A stretch of 62,039 bases of DNA, counting the filler, from Dugesia japonica (taxonomy: Eukaryota), in the NCBI GenBank assembly GCA_001938525.1. It is 5 parts of 5 records of this genome, joined end to end, with 100 filler letters (N's around TTAATTAATTAA, not from the genome) between each part and the next. Parts side by side here need not be neighbours in the genome. Positions count along the whole stretch, not along the records: positions 34,451 to 50,171 come from MQRL01636888.1; positions 50,272 to 62,039 come from MQRL01577823.1; 3 more parts are not named here. One strand, written 5' to 3'. Below the pieces are notes generated by a model. That model did no database searches and was not told the origin of the DNA. It saw only the letters and a list, made by a program, of their open reading frames with translations. Every line of letters starts with the position of its first letter. The first letter of the stretch is position 1. Shown piece after piece: positions 37,400 through 50,380 of this stretch. The translations under genes were made by a program, and so were the position numbers.

Positions 37400-40330
37400 T
37401 TATTCCTGTTTTCACGTTTATGAATATTAAACGTTATTTTGTTACAAAAAAACCTTTTCACCGACTACATATGACTTCTGACCTTTTTATCTGATTCGTA
37501 CTTTTCAATTCCTCCGCAATTCATTTCAGTTCTACTTTTATTTTTTTAATTACTTATTTTTGATTTGTAGGCTCATTTTTCATCAACTCGTGTAACAGCA
37601 CTTTTACCCATAAAAAAAGTCATGGAGATCTTTTAATAGAAGTTTAATATGTTTAATATATGGAAAATCTAATCTTGAGAATTTACTTAGCCCAAGTTAA
37701 GCTACTCTCATCACTATTCAATGAAGGGACAAACATATTCATGACTGTTCTAATTATTTACTCTGCATAAATCTTGGCTTGATGTTGGTAAGTTGATATT
37801 AATTCTTATGTAGTTCTAAATCGTTTACACAAATCATTCATTCTGCTAGTTTCAAACAATCATCCTCGATTGGATAGGATTGATTTTGGTTTCCAAATCG
37901 GTAAAATGGTTCTTCATGACATTTTCTATTGCTGTTTTTTCTTCTTTACTAAGAGGTATCCTTCAAGCCAGTTTCCTAAATCTTTCAATACTAATGAGAA
38001 AGTACATCAAGTTACAATTATGATCAGTAAAATAGATCACAAATAATCTCAAATAGTCCCAAATAACTTTGTTCTTCATGCAAATATTTAAATAAATTTG
38101 GAGAGCAATTTTCTGGTGTAACGATTAGTTTCTTTTCTTCACATTTGTTTTTCTTAATTTCAGTAGTTACATCATTATTCAAGTTTTGTAATTAATTTTA
38201 ATATTCCACATTTGTTTGATAGTTTGTCAAAAAATACATTTTCATTTAAACTGTTTATAAATCAAGTTTTTGGCTTATTTCCTTTGACTATTTCCTTTGC
38301 CATCGTGGTGCTTAGTTAACCATTGCGTAAACAGCATTTCATCTATAATAGAGAGCTCACCAGCATTATTGTAATCAGTTCATTTCCAATATTTTCATTC
38401 AAAATTATATCCAGATAAATAGGTAAACCAAGTCTGAAATTGTGGATTGGATTTTTCCCAATTAAATAATGCTTAAATATATAACAGATTCATAGAAAGC
38501 GAATATAATTTCTTTTCTGGTTAAATAATAAANNNNNNNNNNNNNNNNNNNNNNNNNNNNNNNNNNNNNNNNNNNNNNNNNNTTTGAAAATAATTCTTGG
38601 ATTGTGTTTGAATTTAGCATTTTTTATTATATTCTGCATGATTTGGCTACATTTCTTATTAATAAAAGATAATTTAATAACTGTGTTTGTTTTTGGTTTG
38701 ATTTTATTTTATTTTGTATTCAAAGATAAATATTTCTTTTCTTCACATTTGTTTTTCTTAATTTCAGTAGTTACATCATTATTCAAGTTTTGTAATTAAT
38801 TTTAATATTCCACATTTGTTTGATAGTTTGTCAAAAAATACATTTTCATTTAAACTGTTTATAAATCAAGTTTTTGGCTTATTTCCTTTGACTATTTCCT
38901 TTGCCATCGTGGTGCTTAGTTAACCATTGCGTAAACAGCATTTCATCTATAATAGAGAGCTCACCAGCATTATTGTAATCAGTTCATTTCCAATATTTTC
39001 ATTCAAAATTATATCCAGATAAATAAGCAAACCAAGTCTGAAATTGTGGATTGGATTTTTCCCAATAAAATAATGCTTAAATATATAACAGATTCATAGA
39101 AAGCGAATATAATTTCTTTTCTGGTTAAATAATAAACGGTTTTGTTAGAATTTAAAATTCCCTAAACAAAATATATAAGATTTTCATCACCTTAATACTA
39201 GTTTTAGCTTATAATAGCTCCAATAACTTAAATAATTGCATCAGTGTCCAGAATCATTTCTTTTGGATCAGGAAATATCAATATTGGTGCTGTAAACAAT
39301 TTATACTTTAAAATTTGAAATTACTCTGAGCATCTTTGAACCATTTGGCTAGTCTGTCAATTCCTGATATTATTGCATACACTGGTGCAGTAATAATTGC
39401 ATAATCTTTGATGGATCGACGATAATAATTAGTTAATTCCAAAAACAATCAATTTATCTGTTGAAAATACAGTTTCCTGAATTAAAATTTAATTTTGATG
39501 TTTTAATTAAATCATATGCATTTTTTAATCTTTGATTATGTTCATCGATAGTTTCTCCATCAATTAAAATGTCATCCAAATAAATAATTGGATATTTATG
39601 CATCATTTTTTTAAAAATTAAATCCATTAAAATCTGAAAAGTTGTCGATACCGTAAATAAACCAATTGTCAAACGATTGAAACATAATTGTACAATTTTT
39701 ATATTAAACACTGGTTTCAATTGCGAATATTTGACTAAACATAACTTGATAATAATCTTGTTTAGGTGTATTGATGAAAAAATAGTTGATCCGTTTGAAA
39801 TATCCAAAAGTATAATTATATCAGGCTCCGTAAATTCAAATATTTCAGTAACTCAATCTTTAAAGTTCCCAATACATTTATTCCCAATACAATTATAGCG
39901 TCATAAGGAAGACTTCTATGGGATTTTGCATGATCTTATAATCTCGAATTCCAAAAATTCTTCAATAAATTAATCAGTTTTTTCTTTTAAATACATTGTT
40001 TGTCTTCTTAGATTCTTGAGAAATGAAGATCTTTTTGTATTACTATGATGCTTAATTAATATAATAATTCCTAAATCGAATTTGGAAGTCGTAAAATTTA
40101 TCCTATATTTTCTAATAAGGTTTTTTCTATAAATGGAACAACATATTTTAATACCGTTGTAGCAGGATCACAATCTGTATGTTTTATTTACTTCCGAGGA
40201 ATCAATTAATTTTATTTGGGTAGCCGTTATTTAAGAATTTATTTTTTATCAACTTGAGAGAAATCAATTTCATTTCTTCATTTGAAGATAGTCTCTCAGC
40301 TCGAATTCTTTCACCTTTAATTATACCAAT
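37400..40330 (-). mobile_element. Heavily decayed Gypsy pol (RT, RH, IN)
   Basis: TFQILMD...IIYLDDILIDGETIDEHNQRL; NYYRRSIKDYAIITAP; LFTAPILIFPDPK.MILDTDA. Confidence 0.75.
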
Positions 40331-40379
40331 TTTTGGCTGATGGTAGTATAACTACTCCAAAGTAATATATGTTCATATG

Positions 40380-40409
<30 letters not shown>

Positions 40410-40413
<4 letters not shown>

Positions 40414-42650
40414 GGGTAGTTAATATTTCACCAGGTTTCTTTTAAATTAAAGTGTCCAGAAAAGGACACTGAAAGTCAATTGATTTCTTTTAAGTGAATT
40501 TAATGTTATCATTTATACTGTTGTCTAATTATAAAATTTTATCTAAATGAGAATTAGTTTTACAATTTCAATTATTGCGAGAATAATTGTTGGACATAAC
40601 CATTGATCGTTTATCAGAATTCGTTTAAAATAAAAGCTTCGATCAAAATTGATTTTTTTTAAAAATATAATTTTTTTTCTCGCGGCACACCAAATTATTT
40701 TATCTTTCATTCTGTTTTAAATACTTGACTATTTTATATATTATACACTGTATATTACCAAAAAATCTAAATTCTAGAAAGAAATTTATATTTTGGTGTG
40801 CTGCAGACTAAAAAAGTTTGCGAGACACTGTTTTAGATTCTAGATTATAGAACTTTATTAAAATTTAAAATCTCTTGCTGCACACAGTTTGCGAGACACT
40901 AATTTAAACCATAGATGAATATTTTTTATAGATTTAAGAATTATTTGATTTTTAATGAAGTTCATTAAAATTATCTCTAGATTTGAAGATAAATTATTAC
41001 CGATTGCTAGATTACCTTTTTATTTGAAAAGTTGCTCACCGATGAAAATGCTATCAGAGAAAAGATAAAAATTGATAAGACATTTGAAATCATTTTTGGT
41101 GATTTCAGGGATATCTGTATGTTCTTTGTATCTTTCAAAGAAGTCACTTACAATATCGATGAAATTTTTAGGTCCTTCAATTGGAATTGATTCATATAGA
41201 TTATTTACATCCAATGAACCAAATTCGTCATCACTCTACCATTCATAATTTTTAATTCGTTCGATAAACTCATAACTATTCTTTAAATGAAACTTAATAG
41301 TCGTTTTAATATATATGCCATAAGTTTGCATGATGCAGTAGAAGAAGTGTCAAAAGCGTTTACAATAGGTCTTCCTTTGATTGTTTCTTTGTGATCTTTA
41401 GGAACACAGTACATCGAGGATGGAACTGGTTCATGATATTTAACTGTTGAAAATAAAGATTTTATTGAGTCTTCATATTTTTCTGCTATTTGATTTAATT
41501 GTTTATTGAATTTAATTTCTTCTGTAGTTGGTAGTCTTTTGTNAGCTATTGTTTCATAATTATTTAAATGTTCAGAAAAAAATTCATTGTATGTTTGTTC
41601 AAAAAAGCTACCAATTTATTTGTTTTATCAGTCGGTGTAATGATAATTGATTTTAAAATTTTAATTTCTTTGATAATTTGATTTTCATTACTTCTTTTAT
41701 TGTTATTCTTATTGTGTCTATATGTTTGTAATAGTTTAAATTTAAGGTCTTCAATTTTGTTGTCAATTTTCATAATAGGAGAATTATAAGTTGGTATCGT
41801 GCGTCTTAAGGTTTGTGTATACTTCTATTTCGATTAAAAAATTGAGGTATCATTAGATGTTTCGTTTGCTGTATTTTCAAATCTATGTAATTGACATTTT
41901 AAGCCGTAAATGGAAGCTTTAATCATTCCAATATTTGATGAGTCCGAAACTTTTGAATTGGCCGGGATGTAGCTCGGACCTTTTTTAAGTAAATTTATTT
42001 GTTTGCCGGTAAATATATGTTTAGTAAGATTTTTGAAAGGAAAAACAGTTGTAAAAGAGCTTTGATTTGAATTTATTTTGATTTTGATTTTGTCTTCAAT
42101 TTTAGAATTTTTATTAAGTATAATTCTAATTTTCTTTTGTTTATTGTGAGAACTTATTTCTTTATATTTGTTAAGCGTTTCTTGATCTACTTTATTAAGA
42201 GGAAAAGGTAGAGATTTATTTTTTAGCAGATAATTAAGCTCACTATACAGTCTCTTACGAAGAAAAGTCATCCATTGAAAGCTTTGTCGTTTAGACAATT
42301 CTTCGGATTGGCAAAAATTAAAGGTGTTCTCAAGTTTATTTTGAATTCTTAAACCACAGGGTATTAATTCTCTTCTTTTACATTCGCTTAAAAATTTTAT
42401 ATGATTTTGAATTTTGAAAATTTTTAAAACGTTGAATAAATCAAAAAGTCCACGGTTCCTTCTTGTCTTCAACCATAATTAATAATAACAATTATTTCTG
42501 ATAAAAAATTAAAGGAATTTTCAAATCCCGGGCAAATCTGAATATTAAAATAACATTCATGAAAAGAAAGAAAACGCTTCGATCAAAATAAAATGTATTT
42601 TTAAAGAAATTTAAATTTTTGACACTTGTCTTCTTCAGGAATGATGACTT
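40410..42650 (-). mobile_element. Penelope-like retroelement (5' region and RT), interrupted by hAT MITE ends at ~40680-40900
   Basis: KIQNHIKFLSECKRRELIPCGLR; NLTKHIFT...LLKKGPSYIP; ITPTDKTNKLV; MYCVPKDHK...RPIV; SLDVNNLYESIP; IKFT...PFLDTLI (40440-40510); hammerhead relic at 42617-42638. Confidence 0.85.
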
Positions 42651-43481
42651 CTTGATAGATTCAAAATGACAATAGATCTTTGCAACAAAATTCTTTATCT
42701 TTTATCAAAATTTTATTGGTCTATTTAAATTATAATTTCTTTATTTTAAAATTAAATCTTAAAAAATCTTTTTTGATTAAATTGAATTGAAAACTACTTG
42801 TTTTAGAAAAATTTGTTTAAAGAAAAATTCATAAAAAATTAACAATTTAAATTAAAAAACTTCACATGCATAAATTACCACTTACAATCTTTATATCAAC
42901 TAGTTATTCACAGGATTATCATTAAGTTAAGAATTTTTTGGTTGAATTTAACTAATTATTTTAGATCTTGCGTAATTAGCCTTCAGTTATTTTAAATTAG
43001 CCTTATTTTCGATCCTAATATTTTACATTCATTAGTTATGATACTCCTAAGTAAAGATTATTTGATTAGTATTAACTTATCGCCTGGTTAATAAATACTT
43101 GTTTTGATAAACGAATATTATGCACCTAACATTATTAAGGCTTAGAGATGGATTTTCATAAGAGACTTTTCAGATATCGCTTGAATTTACAGAATTATTA
43201 GAACGGACATTTTAACCCATTGGCAAATCATTTTCTACTTATCCAATTTTCTGTTTTATAGATCGTTCTAATAGGATTAAGACACTCTAAGTACGACTTA
43301 TCTTGAGATCTTTACTTTTCAAGTCCAAATCATTAAGTAAATGCAATTTAGCTAAAAACTAGATATTTCATTTTATTGTAATTAATAGGTTTATTATTTG
43401 GGATATTGTAAGTGATAATTCAAGATTTCTTTAGATTAAAATACATAGATTAACGAAATAAATTACGATTTTCTTTTAGAT

Positions 43482-43952
43482 CAGTGTTTCCCAACATGGG
43501 GTGTACCCCCAGAGTGGAGCAATTCGATTGTTCAAGGGGTTAATCGAAAAATAAATTTTTAAAGAATGCAAATTTAATCATATGGTAACTCTAAGTCATC
43601 TCTCAGGCTTAGTAAACATTCAGTATGGAGTGCAAATAACCTTTGGCCGCAATTTCAACATTTTGCGCCATTTTTACTGAGTATTTCACAGCGAATGACT
43701 CCACTTATGAAAGCAATGAAATGACATTATGATGTGGACGAGATGCATTCAGATAACTTCGATTTGAATACCTGAATATATTATGTTTGATAGAATCATT
43801 ATCTTTTTTTAATAACTTCCTTGTTATTTCTACCTGAAGTCCATCATTTAAGATACTTATTGAATAATTAAAATATTTTATGTTATATGGGGGACATATT
43901 TAAAATTTTAAAACTTAGATGTTGCATGCACTAAAAAGGCTGGGAAACACTG
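43482..43952. mobile_element. hAT (Buster/Charlie-type) non-autonomous element with 8-bp TSD TTTTAGAT
   Basis: ttttagat|cagtgtttcccaac...gctgggaaacactg|ttttagat. Confidence 0.9.
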
Positions 43953-44173
43953 TTTTAGATGAATCTAATATTGGACTAAAAAGACAAACATTTTAATATC
44001 ATTATTGTTATGCATTTAATTCAGTTTAATAATATTATAGTGATAACATTTCAGCTTTCATTTATAATAATCTGTTTAATANGATTATAATTAGATGTAG
44101 GTTAATGATCCAATTGAATGAAATCCATAAGAACTTGTTTTAAACTTTCTGTTTCGTAATTTGCTTTAGTGGA

Positions 44174-44622
44174 TGTGAGTGGTTTTGAAAAGCCAGTTGA
44201 AATTTTTGTGTGATTAGTGATCTTATTTTTAAAATCTTTTGTTTAAAAGAGAGATTTAAATTATTGATGAAAAATTTAAATAAACAAATATTTAGTTTAA
44301 GGATAAATTAAAATTATTGAATAATAAAGTCTAACTTTTAAATAAATAAAACTTTAAAAGTGAGCGGAAATTTTGTTGTAAATTTTAAATGAAAATTAAG
44401 AAAATAAATAAAATGTTTTTAAGTGAATTAAATTAAAATACTTTTAATAAATAAAAAAGTTCAATTTTTAATTTTAGAAAAAAGATCACCAATTAAAACA
44501 CGCGATTTTAATTTATTTGATTAACAAATATTGTTGTATATAGTTTTTATTTTAATAAATCATTGTAATGAATTTGAATTCTGGTGTTAATGATTCGATG
44601 AGTTTCCAAAACCCAACTAACA
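44174..44622. mobile_element. Solo LTR (same family as 27421-27859, opposite orientation)
   Basis: gtgga|tgtgag...ctaaca|gtgaa: TG...CA ends and a 5-bp TSD with one mismatch. Confidence 0.8.
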
Positions 44623-44806
44623 GTGAATAAATTAGGTGTCCCAATCATCTATCCACAACTTTGATAGGTCTTGGAAATCATAATATTTGCTAAAATATCT
44701 GCAAATATTTGAAGTAGCGAGAAGAAACAAGTAAGTTTTAATTGTTTATTTCCCAATGAGGAGGTGTTCTATCTTGCATGACTATGGTTGTCATTTATGC
44801 CACGAG

Positions 44807-45844
44807 CTTCAAAATTTGGATAAAATTGGGTTTTAAGCATTTCTAAATAGCAAATACTGTCAATCGATTTTTTGAAGAAAAATTTCGATTGCATGTAAAC
44901 CAATGATTTTTTTAACAGTAAACTTCCTAGGTAAAACCTTGCTGAAATGAATTATGAATATAAATCCCGAATTCAATTATATTTGAAATATTTCGTTCTG
45001 TGATTAGTTTATTGTCTTGCTTTTTCTGAATGGATTTAGATATTTAATAGTTCATCATTAAATTTTGCTAAATAATCATACTTGTTCAATAAAAGAGAAT
45101 TCGTTTCACTGGTGTTTTAAACTTTGAATTGACTATTCAAGGATTTACAAGGAAAGAAGTGAGATTTCCTCAGAATTAATAAGTGATGAGAGTATTACAC
45201 GTGGAATCTCGCTTCTTTGTAAACTTTAATAGAAGTGCTAGACAACTTTTATACTTTTCTGATTGTGTCTATAATATGCATATAGCTCAGTATATGTTTA
45301 AGAAGGGTATAATTTAGAATGTCGAGAGAAATGCCAAAGTCTGAAGTTCATATGTCGCTGACCGGTAGATCCTTCAGTGTACTTTACCCAACAATCCACC
45401 GCTACTGTGGTACTCGATAAAAGAATATGGTTGCGATACGAAACCACGATGGATGATTCAGAATTGCCTTATTAATTCTGAGGAAATCATATTACTCTCC
45501 TTCTAAATCCTTGAATAGTCAATTCAAAGTTTAAAACACCAGTGAAACGAATTCTCTTTTATTGAACAAGTATGATTATTTAGCAAAATTTAATGATGAA
45601 CTATTAAATATCTAAATCCATTCAGAAAAAGCAAGACAATAAATTAATCACAGAACGAAATATTTCAAATATAATTGAATTCGGGATTTATATTCATAAT
45701 TCATTTCAGCAAGGTTTTACCTAGGAAGTTTACTGTTAAAAAAATCATTGGTTTACATGCAATCGAAATTTTTCTTCAAAAAAACGATTGACAGTATTTG
45801 CTATTTAGAAATGCTTAAAACCAAATTTTATCCAAATTTTGAAG
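44807..45844. repeat. Long inverted duplication (377-bp arms 44807-45183 and 45468-45844, 284-bp spacer) of a dead Tc1/mariner transposase segment
   Basis: Arms are near-exact reverse complements; translation gives TIDSICYLEML...VMQDRTPPHW (QQDGAPPH relic). Confidence 0.9.
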
Positions 45845-48557
45845 TTCCGTATTTATTGCACAATGAAAGAGGGAATATCCGACCGTGGGACACGGAGGTC
45901 TAAAGACAATTTAGAGATGTTATTGATCGCTATGTAAATTTAATCATAAATGTATTAAGTAGTTATTTTGAGTTTCTATAAATAATTTTAAAATTTTGAT
46001 AAAATTGACCTTTTAGGGGTAGCGCAGCACATTTAATTACATGAAACTTTCCCGGAGCATCAAAACTAATTAATATTGATTCCAGTAATTAATATTGATT
46101 TCAATATATCAAATTTTTCATTTATACATAAAGTAATTGTAATTATTTGGCGGAGCACCTGAGACAAAGTTGCGGAGCACTGGTTAAGAATTAGTGGTAC
46201 ATACTGTAAATATCTGCATTTGATTAATTACATTTGTATAAAATAACCTAACAATTGCTTGGAAATTACAAGCTCTGTAAAGTTACTAGTGTCTAAGATT
46301 TGACACTTTGACTAGAAATTATTTTGCTATTTTCTTATTTCCTTAATAATTTTTATTTTGCCAATTAATTTTATAATTTTCTGGCCATTATTTTCCAAAT
46401 CTGATATTTTCGCCTCTTTTATTTTAGATTTATAGTTTCTAATGTTTTATATTTTTTGTTGATGATTTTCATAGTCGCCTTTGGGTTTTCTACTAATGTT
46501 TCTTTGGATATTCACATTCTAGCTTGTGGGAGACTTCTTTGTTTTTAGTATTTAACAGTTTTCTTTGAATTATAGACTTAACATTCGTAGCTTTATTCCA
46601 TTTCTTTTGATAACTACATTTTTATCGGATGCCTGCCATGTTTTCCTTCATTATATAATGATTTCAAATTATAATTTTTATAACTATTACTAAATATGTA
46701 TTATTATTTTTCAGTTAATACTTTCTGGTGGTTCTTTGAGAAAATTTTACTGAGGATGGAACATCATCTTTCTTTATATAAAATAATAATAACTCCAAGT
46801 TCATATGTAATTCAGAAATATATTTCTTTAGTTCGGATTCAATAAATGGTGCTTTAAAATTCTTGTTTCTACACCAGAGTATCTAACAAATTAATGAACT
46901 TTATTTAGCATTTTTTGCTATAACCGTTCATCATAGCAGCATTGTCACTTATATTTCTTTAAATGAAATTCGAATTAAAAATGCAGTTACTAACCAGTTT
47001 ATTACAATTTAACTATTTATAATATAGAGATAAAAATAACATTTCAAAAACAAATACTCTAAATGATACAAATTACGTTGACAAAGTCCATCAGTTATTA
47101 CTATACATCAATCATTTCCACTTAGATTGACAGTTAAATCAAGTAAGATTAAGTGCTGTCATAATGCAATTAATTATCACTTTGGTGATATTATAAGTGA
47201 ATCAAAACGAATATAGAGCAATGATAATACCGTACTATTAATTAAAATATTCGATATTTAATTCTCATTTACTTTATAAATTTATGAGTCATGCGAACTG
47301 TAAACACAAGCTTCTCATTAAAACAATTTTAGTAGGGAAAATTAAGAAGTACTTAAACAAATTATATTTTTAATTCAAATCAATATTTGGTATTGTTATT
47401 ACACAAGAATTCATCATTTTAGAACATTGTGGCATGACAATACAGAAACAAATCACTTCAAAATTCAGATACAATCTTTATCTATATTTTCTGCTTCGTC
47501 AATCTTGACACAAACTTCCTATTAATTACTTTATTATATGCCACCACTTATTCAATAATTAAAAACTAATTTCTCGAAAATAAAGTAATACATCGAATTT
47601 AATCTTTATTAGTTGCGTAAAGAGCAAATTTGCTGAATTTTTCTAATAGTAATTAAATTGTGTAAACCTATCTTTTCAAAGAAATGACCTTGAAAATATT
47701 TTTAATTTCATAATCAAAATTTACACTGAACCTTATTAATTTATTAAAATATCGAAAATCGAGTTGGTATTTAATAAAAGACTGGTTTCAACATATCAAA
47801 AGTATGGGCAAAATCTTTCAGATATGGTTACTGTTGAAAATTAACAATAAAACGAAAACACAAATGTTCTTATCAGATTCAATTTAAACGGAAAATGTTT
47901 CGTTTTATTGAATTTCCCGACGAGTAATAAAATGCTTGCAGAATCTTAGAAGATTCTTTAAATTTAGAATTTAATATACTTGTGATACTGATTAATAATT
48001 AAAATTACAATGTTATTGCTAACATTTGATAAAGTTATTAGAGAATTAATGCCAATCGTAAACTTTTCAACAAATTAATTTCTGATGGAAATTTCAAAAC
48101 ATTTAATCGTTTACAATAAATTTGAATAATCTATGATTTAAAACAATCGTATTAAATTATACCATGAAAAGTGAATAAACAGAAAATTTATGAAAATAAT
48201 AAAACTGAAATATTTTCAATGGCAATTAAAACATTAGAACTGTTTTTCATTAAAAAATTAAATTAATAAAAATATACTCTTTAATTTTAAAACTCTAACA
48301 TTTTGAATTTTTGATTAAAAAACAAAGGTTTGATAACATTTAGTTATATATTTCAAATGATAAAATAATTATTTATTTATTATTTTATTAATAATGTAAA
48401 AATAATAAAATTTTGTATATAAAACTTAATAATCTTTATTAATAATTTCATTGTTTTAACCAGTCAATGTGAATGTTAAGGCAGCTACATAGAATTTAAA
48501 ACATATCTTATTTTTAAAAGTTTTAATCAATTATTTTACTTTTAATATCAGAATAAA

Positions 48558-48986
48558 ATGAATTCAAGACATGACAAAAATGAAAATCAAATGGACTCAG
48601 ATGCATGGCCATATAAGTCGGGGAATTTGATCTTTACTGGTATTATTAATCCTATTACAGAAATGTAGGTCCAAAAAATATGTTCATTTTATTATTATTT
48701 GACAAATTAGTCCTTTAGGAGAAGATCATCCCTTAGTTACACGAATATCTTTTGATAAACAATTCTATGCTGTTGGATTGGACACGGGTGCCATCAAAGT
48801 AGTTTCTAATGACAAACATTTTTATTTCAATAACTAATTAGATGTTCACATTCACTGGAGATAAAGTACAATTGGTCTACAATATACCTCCTCCAGATGC
48901 CGAAACTCTATCTTGTACTGATTTGCAATTTGTACCATACAAGGATTATGTGCCTTCAGAAAAGAAACACTTGTTAATAGCAACAT
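48558..48986 (+). CDS. WD40-repeat-like host gene, first three exons (48558-48664, 48711-48798, 48842-48986)
   Basis: 46- and 43-nt GT-AG introns keep frame: ...VTRISFDKQFYAVGLDTGAIKMFTF...LSCTDLQFVP...HLLIAT. Confidence 0.7.
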
Positions 48987-49559
48987 GTAACACTAATTCT
49001 TATTTGTTTATTTAAACATTTTATTGTTAATAATAATTCCATCCCATTGCCCATTGAATTATTAATAATTTATTGTTTAATTGATGATTGCGATTGCTGA
49101 TCGTATTGAATAATGCTAATAAATTATCACTATTTCATTCTGAACTTGCTCGTCACGATGATAGATTTATTGAAATAATTATTTCATCTATGAAAAATTT
49201 ACACTCAACTCAGAAATCAGTGAAAACTATTAAAATCTCTAATGTTTTATAAATACAATAATGAAAACAAGTGTCGATATCGTTCATTAGATTCTCTATT
49301 TTGATTGGATAACACAAATCGATATTCGCAGAAATTGTCCTACTTTTCATATTAATGAAATTCGTGTTTCGAATTGCTGTTTAACATCTACAAACAGTTC
49401 AATTTCATTAAATTAAAATCTTCGTTCAAAATATAGTTTTTTTTCTTTTTTCTTTTTTAGTTCTTGATAATATTTTGAATTTTTCATTTATTCAATATTT
49501 ATTGTTAAAATAGAAATATTTTTTTGGAATTAATTATATTCAAAAGGCAAGCCCATTTG

Positions 49560-50090
49560 GGCATCCAATTACAGAAACCAAGACAGAATTTGTGTAGTCT
49601 CAAATGAATCATTTGTGATGATAGAAATGCAATATGCAATAAGAAAAATGATGTCACTTATAAAATAACATGCACCATTTGTCAAGAAACATAAATATTG
49701 ATGAAACATGCAGAATCATCCGAACAAGAATTAAGGAATATCTCGAGTAAAAAGAAAGTGAAGTTCTTAAACACTTTCAACACAAACATAAAACTTCACC
49801 AGAACAACATCACATAACATAGAGAACACTAGGAACAAGCTACATTTCCACACTTCACAGGAAGAAACATGAAGAAATACTAATTAAAGAAGATAAACCT
49901 AAAATCAATGAAATTTATAATAATTAAAATAAATTAACCTATTAAAATTTAATAAAATAAAATAAATTCTAAACATTTTTGTATTACAATAATAAATCTT
50001 GAATAAATCAAAAATTTAATTCTTGACCAAGACGAAAGTCGAAAATTCGAAATAAAATTCAAAAATAACATTTTGATCAAAGCTTTTAAG
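49560..50090 (+). mobile_element. Penelope-like 3' end: GIY-YIG endonuclease relic plus hammerhead-like motif
   Basis: CNKKNDVTYKITCTICQE..I(D)ETCRIIRTRIKE...SEVLKHFQHKH...LIKEDKPKIN; cttgaccaagacgaaagtcgaaa at 50022-50044. Confidence 0.75.
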
Positions 50091-50271
50091 TTAATGAAAT
50101 TATTATTATTATTATTAATATTATTATTATTAATATTATTATTATTAATATTATTATTATTATTATTATTANNNNNNNNNNNNNNNNNNNNNNNNNNNNN
50201 NNNNNNNNNNNNNNNTTAATTAATTAANNNNNNNNNNNNNNNNNNNNNNNNNNNNNNNNNNNNNNNNNNNN

Positions 50272-50380
50272 TTTATTTCCGTAAAGGAAAAAATGCAACG
50301 CAAACCAAAAAGAAAATTTTTGAGGTGTATGGGGAAAGTGCCGTGAGTGAACGCGTATGTCAGAACTGGTTTCAAAAGTT
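50272..50380 (+). pseudogene. Mariner (Mos1-like) N-terminal HTH fragment
   Basis: FRKGKNATQTKKKIFEVYGESAVSERVCQNWFQK. Confidence 0.75.

Noticed and set aside
38130-39135. ~400-bp direct duplication
   Set aside because: Near-identical copies straddle an N gap, so most likely contig overlap; the same applies to 20166-20238 vs ~20838-20911.
40450-40475. Hairpin agtgtcc/ggacact followed by gaaa as a hammerhead
   Set aside because: No CUGANGA, and it is Penelope RT coding sequence (PFLDTL) on the minus strand.
14869-50227. Recurrent TTAATTAATTAA 12-mer
   Set aside because: Always centred in N runs, so it is an assembly linker and not biological.
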